This document shows positions 58,147-64,000 of a DNA stretch of 64,000 nt, piece after piece. The stretch's first letter is position 1. Each line of letters starts with the position of its first letter. The stretch is from positions 91 through 64,090 of the IMG/VR virus record IMGVR_UViG_3300028388_003135; one strand, written 5' to 3'. This stretch comes from a virus. Lineage: Duplodnaviria; Caudoviricetes. The notes under the pieces are model-generated. The model saw nothing but the letters and a program-made list of their open reading frames with translations, searched no databases and was not told the DNA's origin. The position numbers were made by a program, and so were the translations under genes.

Positions 58147-58152
58147 CTTTAT

Positions 58153-58181
58153 TTGCGTCGAGGTGGGGTACGTGGTAGGAT
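58153..58181 (+). promoter_or_regulatory. Sigma70-like promoter candidate
   Basis: TTGCGT-N17-TAGGAT. Confidence 0.4.
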
Positions 58182-58241
58182 TTGGTTCGACAATGCTGAC
58201 CAGGGTTTAGGGGTATTCACTGGTTGGTAGGGTAAGACGGG

Positions 58242-58272
58242 GACGGCGACCTTTCGGGGTCGCCGTTATTTA
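58242..58272 (+). terminator. Terminator-like hairpin
   Basis: GACGGCGACC-TTTCGG-GGTCGCCGTT followed by ATTT. Confidence 0.6.
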
Positions 58273-58380
58273 TAGGTGCAGGATGAACGATCCGATTAAC
58301 GGTACCATCCGCGAAGACCATGTTTTTCGCCGCTGCATGTATGCACTTGGCATTTTCTTTCTGTTGTCGTGGGTGTTGTC

Positions 58381-58884
58381 ATGGCCACTTATCCAAATGC
58401 GTCCGACGTTCGATCCGGAGTTGTGTACGGGCCGAACGACAACGACTTCACAGGAACGTTAGTTACGAGCCCTGTAGCGGGTAGTGGCTTCACAGCAGCC
58501 TCGTTAATCAAAGGCGACTCTTACACCGCAGCTGTTGGGCGCGACTTGCGGTTCGTGTTCGATGCGCCGGCCGGTCTTACAGTTGGTGACTTTACAGTCA
58601 AGCTGTATCTCAAGGGCCTTGTAATTGACGGTGCGTCGGAGTCACCAGTTGAGGAATCCTACAGTTACGCTGGAACTGTTGCGGCTGGCTCGGGTAGCGA
58701 ATCCGGCAAATGGGTAGCGACTATCGAGATCGCCGACACAGAGTCGGCGTCTTGGAAGCCAGGTCTATTTGAGTGGTTCCTAGTGTTAGTCCTCACTGCT
58801 ACTGCCGACGAGGCGACTGTTCTTCACAGCGCAGATAGTGATTGCTGCGACAACAAGATTCTTATTCACGAAAAAGCGTTTTAA
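58381..58884 (+). CDS. Hypothetical virion-like protein
   Basis: YP..SDVRSGVVYG...TGTL; BppU-like C-terminal pattern. Confidence 0.55.
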   Translation: MATYPNASDVRSGVVYGPNDNDFTGTLVTSPVAGSGFTAASLIKGDSYTAAVGRDLRFVFDAPAGLTVGDFTVKLYLKGLVIDGASESPVEESYSYAGTVAAGSGSESGKWVATIEIADTESASWKPGLFEWFLVLVLTATADEATVLHSADSDCCDNKILIHEKAF

Positions 58885-58911
58885 GAGGCAAACGTTTGGG
58901 CCTTATCTGTT

Positions 58912-59442
58912 GTGAGAACAATTCTAACAACGGAGACTCAAGTGAACGCTGTCACGCAACACCGCCGGCTAGCTAACGAAGGCTTTGCTAACTATCACGA
59001 GATTAAGGAGGCGCCTGGTCTCGCTCATGGCGATTGCTTACGGTTAGCGATTGCTGCTCAGGCAGCTCTGTCGGCCAATCGTATCCGCAGCGTGATTGTT
59101 GCGGGCTCTGCTAGGTTTTGGGTCCATGATACGTTCAACCTTGAATTTCGTTGGGACGACAGCCTAAACGGTACGCAGCTCGGCATTTGGGCGAAGCATG
59201 AGCGTATGCCGGAGATGCACTGCTGGGTGAAGATACCATCAACGAACATGATTATGGATCTGTGGCCGAAGTACCTCCAAGAGCGTTTGGTCGCGATGAA
59301 CCTAGACGACAAGGTCGCGGAGCCAGTTGATTTTCTGTTCAAACGTTTGGATCAAATGCCGGAAGCGTTTGAATACAAGGAGCATCCTGTTGCGACGGAA
59401 TACGCTAGAACTATGGCGGCGTCTTTGACTGCGAAACTTTAA
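58912..59442 (+). CDS. Hypothetical protein, possible papain/transglutaminase-like triad
   Basis: GDC ... MHCWV ... MDL. Confidence 0.55.
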   Translation: MRTILTTETQVNAVTQHRRLANEGFANYHEIKEAPGLAHGDCLRLAIAAQAALSANRIRSVIVAGSARFWVHDTFNLEFRWDDSLNGTQLGIWAKHERMPEMHCWVKIPSTNMIMDLWPKYLQERLVAMNLDDKVAEPVDFLFKRLDQMPEAFEYKEHPVATEYARTMAASLTAKL

Positions 59443-59458
59443 CTTTGAGAGAGAACTT

Positions 59459-59767
59459 ATGAACCAACGTCATTTTGACCGCAATGCGTTTTGCCATAAC
59501 GCGGCTATTCGCATGGATTGTGACTTCGTCCATAGCGACGAGCTACAGTTCTACGACAGCAGCAAAGCGTTGAAGGTGGTTGTTAGTAAAGAATCGCTTG
59601 CTAGTGAAAACACAATGCGATCCAAGCTAGACCAGCTTTGCAAGGCTCTGACTGCACTCAAGAAGTCTGCCGAGGTTGTGGTGTTCGCGATAGTGGACAT
59701 AGACGATCCTTCGGACTGCTTGTCTGGCTTCGAGATTAAAGCAGTGGCGGGTGATCTCGCGGACTAG
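59459..59767 (+). CDS. Hypothetical protein
   Basis: ORF with purine-rich RBS. Confidence 0.5.
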   Translation: MNQRHFDRNAFCHNAAIRMDCDFVHSDELQFYDSSKALKVVVSKESLASENTMRSKLDQLCKALTALKKSAEVVVFAIVDIDDPSDCLSGFEIKAVAGDLAD

Positions 59768-59807
59768 GCCACTTCGAAACAGATCGTTGGCGGCTTTGGA
59801 GTTTGTT

Positions 59808-60110
59808 ATGGCTATTGGCAAAAAGCATCTTGACCAGTTGAGACACGCAGTTGGTTTCTACGCGGACAAGCCGGGATTCCGAAACGCATTTCACACGGAC
59901 AAGGACGACGCGATTTGGAATGAGCTGAAGGAACTGGGGTTTGCAGCCGGTGGAATCGAGCGGTTGGGCTCCTGCTATTTCTGGGTCACGGAGCAAGGTG
60001 AGGAATTGATCGGACTTGGCGAGCAGAAGCGATACAAAGAAGGCATTGACCGCCAGCATGAGCGAAGCATTGAGGACATCTGCGAGACGCACGACATTGT
60101 GTTTGATTAG
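59808..60110 (+). CDS. Hypothetical protein, wHTH-like
   Basis: LRHAVG...FRN.F...W.EL..LGFA...VTEQG. Confidence 0.55.
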   Translation: MAIGKKHLDQLRHAVGFYADKPGFRNAFHTDKDDAIWNELKELGFAAGGIERLGSCYFWVTEQGEELIGLGEQKRYKEGIDRQHERSIEDICETHDIVFD

Positions 60111-60113
60111 TCC

Positions 60114-60202
60114 GCAGAACGTCGAGCATAACCGGGCCGGGAGTAAATGCGGCCACTAAAAACCAGCGTGAATCCGGCTCCGGTTCATGCGTTTTGTTAT
60201 CT
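60114..60202 (+). mobile_element. Integron attC-like recombination site
   Basis: AAC-5nt-GCAT.AACCGG.GCCGG ... CCGGC-T-CCGGTT-C-ATGC-5nt-GTT; two extrahelical bases. Confidence 0.75.
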
Positions 60203-60211
60203 GGATTTTCG

Positions 60212-60520
60212 ATGGACCCAATAAACCTGCAAACACCGGAAGAAATGTTGGAGCGATGGAGCGGTGTGCAATGCGAGTGTGACCCCAGCGTTGGGCATCT
60301 GTGCGAGTGCTGCCACGACACCCAAGTGCTGCGGGACTTGATCAAAGAACGTGATCGTCTTCGGGACGGTATCGATTTCTGGTCGTATTGTATGTCGCAA
60401 GGGATGCGGGACACGTGCCCAGAGCGGGTGGAAGAGTTGGCCGATTTCCTGATGAGTTGCAAGGTGGCACCGTATTACATTCGGAACAAACATTGTGAGA
60501 CGGTCGCTACTGACAGATAA
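60212..60520 (+). CDS. Gene-cassette ORF, hypothetical
   Basis: Flanked by GTTATCTG (60196) and its exact reverse complement CAGATAAC (60514). Confidence 0.6.
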   Translation: MDPINLQTPEEMLERWSGVQCECDPSVGHLCECCHDTQVLRDLIKERDRLRDGIDFWSYCMSQGMRDTCPERVEELADFLMSCKVAPYYIRNKHCETVATDR

Positions 60521-60704
60521 CGCTTGAGATCATCGAGCACGAAAGGACTACCGTTTGCTGGATAGCGACTGAACGATGGATAAGTTGAAACGGCCCGATA
60601 ATTGATGATATTTGCTACCAGCAAGCAAGGATTGAGTTTTATTGCCCGAAGTGCGGTAGAAAGTATGGAACATTCCTACGCCGAATCATGGGACGCCATG
60701 ACGA

Positions 60705-60807
60705 GGCTAGTCGGTCGTCTACTGGATAGGACGCCTGTCGGTGGCGGGCTTGCAATCCGTCAAGACAGGAGAAGCGGGGTTCGATTCCCCGCCCGGCGAT
60801 TTAGCCA
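60705..60807 (+). tRNA. tRNA-like RNA with extended anticodon arm (loop CTTGCAA, anticodon TGC/Ala)
   Basis: D-arm GTC-TACTGGATAG-GAC, T-arm GCGGGG-TTCGATT-CCCCGC, 3' CCA at 60805-60807. Confidence 0.55.
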
Positions 60808-60877
60808 GATAACTTCGGATTATGTTGCGCGGCGCAACGTATGCTCAAACGTTTGGATTGCTGGGCCGAAAGTCTGC

Positions 60878-60906
60878 TTGACTAGCGAATAGCATGAGCG
60901 TATGTT
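60878..60906 (+). promoter_or_regulatory. Sigma70-like promoter
   Basis: TTGACT-N17-TATGTT, 22 bp downstream of the palindrome at 60846-60855. Confidence 0.55.
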
Positions 60907-60913
60907 GCTAAAT

Positions 60914-61117
60914 AGCTGATCAAAGGTCCTGGCGGACAACCTGATTGGCGGACTGACTGACCGAAAGGCAAGTAGAGAACTTTCCTGCGAGGCAACCAAC
61001 CTTCTGCAGCTTCATGCTTTCGAGCATGTCTCACTATTTGCTTAGTGTCAGTCCGCGAAGTCCGCCAACCGGTTGTCTCGCAGGGTAGTTCTCATTCTTT
61101 CCCAACCTCGATCAGCT
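60914..61117 (+). ncRNA. Structured non-coding RNA candidate
   Basis: Closing helix AGCTGATC/GATCAGCT, several long internal helices, UUCG and GAAA tetraloops, no ORF in the track. Confidence 0.55.
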
Positions 61118-61465
61118 CGAACATGATCGGGGCGTCTATGTCAGCCCTCGGGCTGCGGTCTAATGGCATAGTGGAGCAGCATGGCGGCGCTGCGTAGGAA
61201 AACGGTAGTCGCGTCCGGCAGGCCAAGAGCTAGCGGACATCTTCATTCCATCTCGTTGAGAACCCCGAGTGCTTGGAGCGTGCGAGGGCCCTTCGTTGGG
61301 TGACTGGACAGCACGTTAAAAACGCGGAGCTTGCTGGGTCATGCTGCGCTCGCGTTGTGGGCCGCTCGGGTCCTTATAGGGTTATGTAGCGTCCAGCTTC
61401 ACTAAAACGTTTGGACGCTGATCAAATAACAACAACCGCGAAGCGACGATAAGAGGGCATGAAAC

Positions 61466-61681
61466 ATGCGGGACCGATTTCATTATGACGCGAACGGACG
61501 ACTGCGAGGACGCTCCTCTGATCGCGGACCGGGCGGCGGTTGTGGAATAGTCATAGCGATAGCTGGCTTGATGTTAGTGTTCACTACCGGAGGGCGGAAC
61601 GCCGTAGAGGCATTCGGGTTTCTCATGCTCGTTCTGATAGCTGTGGTAGCACTAGCGATATCTATGAGGTTGATTAAATGA
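61466..61681 (+). CDS. Small two-TM membrane protein
   Basis: Two hydrophobic helices. Confidence 0.5.
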   Translation: MRDRFHYDANGRLRGRSSDRGPGGGCGIVIAIAGLMLVFTTGGRNAVEAFGFLMLVLIAVVALAISMRLIK

Positions 61682-62439
61682 GGATCGCAAGCGTGAGCAG
61701 CAAGCAAGGATTTAGGCCGTTCGCTAAAACAGAACCAACGCTAGGCATCGTCCTGCTAGGGAACTGGTCGGTTTTGGTAGCTCGTAAAAATCGAAGCAAT
61801 CAGCGGAACCATCTTGCCGACATGCCGACCCAAGCTTCTGCGAGTAACGGTAGGCACTGGTTGTCCTGCAGTAATTCGTTCGGGAGATCTACCGCCTTCA
61901 TGCGACCAGCAGCTATCAACTGCACATCATGTATCAATCAGGCGCAGCAGCTAACAATGCGTTGGCTCGCTAACGAGATGGGGTGTGAGCGACCAGAACA
62001 CTGCAACAGGGAGCTGGTAGCAGTAGCCATAGATCAGCTACTCGACAGCGAAGCATATCCTGAACAGCTCAAGACGTTGATCATAGCGAACGCGCTGATA
62101 GCGCTTGAAAACCCGCCGAAGGCGCGGTCGGACTACTTGCGAATACCATCAGCAGAGCTGCTACTGAGCCTTTCGGTGAAACCAAACGTTTGGGATGGCG
62201 TTCCTTCTTTCCCGTCTCTCAGCGAGTCCGGTTTGCCAAAAGGTACGAGGAAGTCTGGCCGGATCAGGCTGTCAATCTACTTGGACCTTGTCATGCGAGG
62301 CCTAGTCACAGTAGAGCCAGGCAAGCCAATATTCTTAACCAACAAAGGCGTCGACGTGCTTCGCCATGACGACACGATAAGGCTGGTGGAAACACAAAGA
62401 CAAAGGAGAACCGATGCAAACCATAGTCCTGTCCGTTAA
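61678..62439 (+). CDS. Hypothetical protein with C-terminal wHTH-like segment
   Basis: YLDLVMRGLV......LTNKG; start uncertain. Confidence 0.5.
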   Translation: MRIASVSSKQGFRPFAKTEPTLGIVLLGNWSVLVARKNRSNQRNHLADMPTQASASNGRHWLSCSNSFGRSTAFMRPAAINCTSCINQAQQLTMRWLANEMGCERPEHCNRELVAVAIDQLLDSEAYPEQLKTLIIANALIALENPPKARSDYLRIPSAELLLSLSVKPNVWDGVPSFPSLSESGLPKGTRKSGRIRLSIYLDLVMRGLVTVEPGKPIFLTNKGVDVLRHDDTIRLVETQRQRRTDANHSPVR

Positions 62440-62734
62440 GACTAAAACCGGCTGGCGATACATAGCTGCGGAAGTCCGGAGCAACATCAACCGCTATGAC
62501 ACTGTGCAATTGCCCCACCCTTGGAAGGCGGGCGTCGACATAGCGACAGTCGTTCAGAGGGCCGTACACCTGAGCAAAGAGGCTGACAAGCAAGCAGACG
62601 TGTTGCACATGAGCATAACGGAACCGCCCTTGGTGTTTGATGGTACGCCAACAGAACTGCAAGAGGCCTTATCAGACAGATGGGGAAGCGACATCGCACT
62701 ACTGGAGATCCAAAATGAACACACCGACGAATAA
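62414..62734 (+). CDS. Hypothetical protein
   Basis: AAGGAG RBS. Confidence 0.55.
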   Translation: MQTIVLSVKTKTGWRYIAAEVRSNINRYDTVQLPHPWKAGVDIATVVQRAVHLSKEADKQADVLHMSITEPPLVFDGTPTELQEALSDRWGSDIALLEIQNEHTDE

Positions 62735-63143
62735 GACCATGAGCATGATGCCAAAAGCAAAGCTGACGAACGGATTAGTCGTAGCGAACTTCAGCAGCGG
62801 TCATCCGTTTACGTTCGAAGATGGAACGGTTTTGCCTGCATGTCAGGACGACCGAGTGCAAGCGTTGGTGATCGTCCACCAAGAAACGCATTCGCAGAAG
62901 CGCATCGTAGACCAGACAGAATACGAAATGAGGAACATAACCGCTGAGCTCACCGAGTTGGGGATGGCGATGGTCCAAACCACAGTGTTGGACGAATGCA
63001 ACGTGATTATCGCGCCTCGGCAAGTCGTAGAAGCGATTCATGCTGCCGGGCTTCTGAAAAAGCACGATCGCTTCGCGTCAATCAAAATGACGAAGCGCGG
63101 CGGTCCTGCACGAATCGACGTATTTTGCCAACCTATGGAGTAA
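62715..63143 (+). CDS. Hypothetical protein
   Basis: GGAG RBS; LTNGLVVANFSSGHPFTFEDG..LPAC. Confidence 0.6.
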   Translation: MNTPTNKTMSMMPKAKLTNGLVVANFSSGHPFTFEDGTVLPACQDDRVQALVIVHQETHSQKRIVDQTEYEMRNITAELTELGMAMVQTTVLDECNVIIAPRQVVEAIHAAGLLKKHDRFASIKMTKRGGPARIDVFCQPME

Positions 63144-63147
63144 AGCA

Positions 63148-63567
63148 ATGGAGCGTAAACCGAAAGGCGAACAATTCAAGCGCAAGTTGACGTTCATGTA
63201 TCGCGACGAGAACGGGTACGTTTGGTACGACCACGAAGCAGATATGCGTCGGCGATGGGCAGGAGTAATTCAGCGGCGCGCGGAACCCGGTCAGATCTAT
63301 GAGTTCGAATGTGAGCAGGGTCACGAAGCGGATGGCCTTGTGGTAGTTAAGAATAGCGGACTTTTCTCGGGGCAATGCGATACAGATGATGTTGCACAAT
63401 GGGCAATAACACACAAAGCCAACGCATTGCAACGAGCAGCAAAGGCTGATGATGCTTGGAAAGAAAGGCTAGAGCCGCTGAGGAGGGCATACCGATCCGC
63501 ACAATCGGCGCAGAAGAAAGCAGCGATCATAGCTACCGCGATAAAGTACATCACAGCTCATAAGTGA
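63148..63567 (+). CDS. Hypothetical protein
   Basis: GGAG RBS. Confidence 0.55.
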   Translation: MERKPKGEQFKRKLTFMYRDENGYVWYDHEADMRRRWAGVIQRRAEPGQIYEFECEQGHEADGLVVVKNSGLFSGQCDTDDVAQWAITHKANALQRAAKADDAWKERLEPLRRAYRSAQSAQKKAAIIATAIKYITAHK

Positions 63568-63575
63568 GAAGTCAC

Positions 63576-64000
63576 ATGAAGTCGACATGGTTTGGAGATC
63601 GCAAACGATATGAGTTTGCTTCGGAGATTTTCGCGGCGTGGAAAGGTGTCGACTATTGGACCGCAGTCAGTCACTGGATCGAGGTCGTATGGTGTAGTTT
63701 CCGACAAGCAGCATGGCGAATGGGCTTTATGAGCCACATCGAAACTGAGAGGCAGTATATGCGGCTGATTGGCCAGCTGCACGACGCGAAGCGATATCAA
63801 GCCGCCCTGCATATCCTGACCGAAGCACTGGCAGACGATCCTTACGACTTTATTGGCATGGTCCTACAAGAGCTCGATCAAACCAACAAGCTTGCAGGGC
63901 AGTTCTTCACGCCTCGCGAGGTGAGTCGCTGCATGGCTCAAATGACGCTGGTGGATTTTAAACGAGATGGGATAGGCCGGTGTTTGATGTTAGAGCCAGC
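63576..64000 (+). CDS. N6_Mtase/HsdM-like DNA methyltransferase homolog, N-terminal part (runs off the window)
   Basis: DFIG....EL...NKLAGQFFTPREVSRCMAQM...MLEP. Confidence 0.85.
   Translation, partial: MKSTWFGDRKRYEFASEIFAAWKGVDYWTAVSHWIEVVWCSFRQAAWRMGFMSHIETERQYMRLIGQLHDAKRYQAALHILTEALADDPYDFIGMVLQELDQTNKLAGQFFTPREVSRCMAQMTLVDFKRDGIGRCLMLEP

Larger units (their letters stand above)
226..62192. repeat. Dispersed palindrome CAAACGTTTG, 57 perfect copies (manual count)
   Basis: Start positions: 226,1046,2657,3676,4684,6075,7549,8656,9717,11054,13061,13505,14137,14805,16466,17173,18066,19194,20440,20568,21404,22444,23997,25281,25913,26786,28404,30024,30446,31320,32014,32346,33232,34005,35451,37306,37910,39172,40764,41592,42547,43772,44840,46157,47493,48734,50008,50852,53377,54245,55528,56770,57804,58889,59340,60846,62183. 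Confidence 0.97.

Noticed and set aside
226-62192. Palindrome copies as a CRISPR array or as attC/REP elements
   Set aside because: The motif is only 10-12 bp, kilobases apart and often inside conserved genes. There are no fixed-length spacers, cas genes or attC architecture.
226-62192. Palindrome as a by-product of a repeated peptide or codon bias
   Set aside because: It occurs in all three frames and in intergenic DNA, and other KRL peptides use different codons (for example AAG CGC CTC near 1316).
480-63812. Numerous minus-strand and alternate-frame ORFs in the track
   Set aside because: They are shadows of well-supported + strand genes in GC-rich DNA, with no recognisable motifs.

Overview
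This window is a dsDNA tailed phage (Caudoviricetes, probably siphovirus-like), and probably almost the whole genome: it ends inside an N6-methyltransferase-like gene whose C-terminus appears to begin the window. Nearly all genes are on the + strand. Modules in order: (1) early genes (Ycf46-like AAA ATPase, ECF-type sigma factor, DUF1257, DUF2997, Gp157, ERF, ParB-like protein, SF2 helicase, CsrA, WYL); (2) a 7-deazaguanine DNA-modification cluster (DpdA-like TGT, two QueD-like proteins, YhhQ/VUT, QueE, FolE, no QueC); (3) terminase, a portal fused to ADP-ribosyltransferase and GNAT-like domains, NUDIX, MuF-like protein, protease, capsid; (4) tail genes, including a -1 frameshift chaperone and an apparently broken tail tube gene; (5) a membrane/papain-like peptidase block; (6) tRNA-like elements, an integron attC cassette and a structured non-coding RNA. 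A Planctomycetota host is inferred, not proven. The most striking signal is the 10-bp palindrome CAAACGTTTG. I counted 57 perfect copies by eye, spaced fairly evenly about every 1.1 kb. They lie inside genes in all three reading frames, at gene junctions, and inside the spacer of a repeated bipartite early-promoter motif. All family assignments come from motif recognition by eye; no database search was run.
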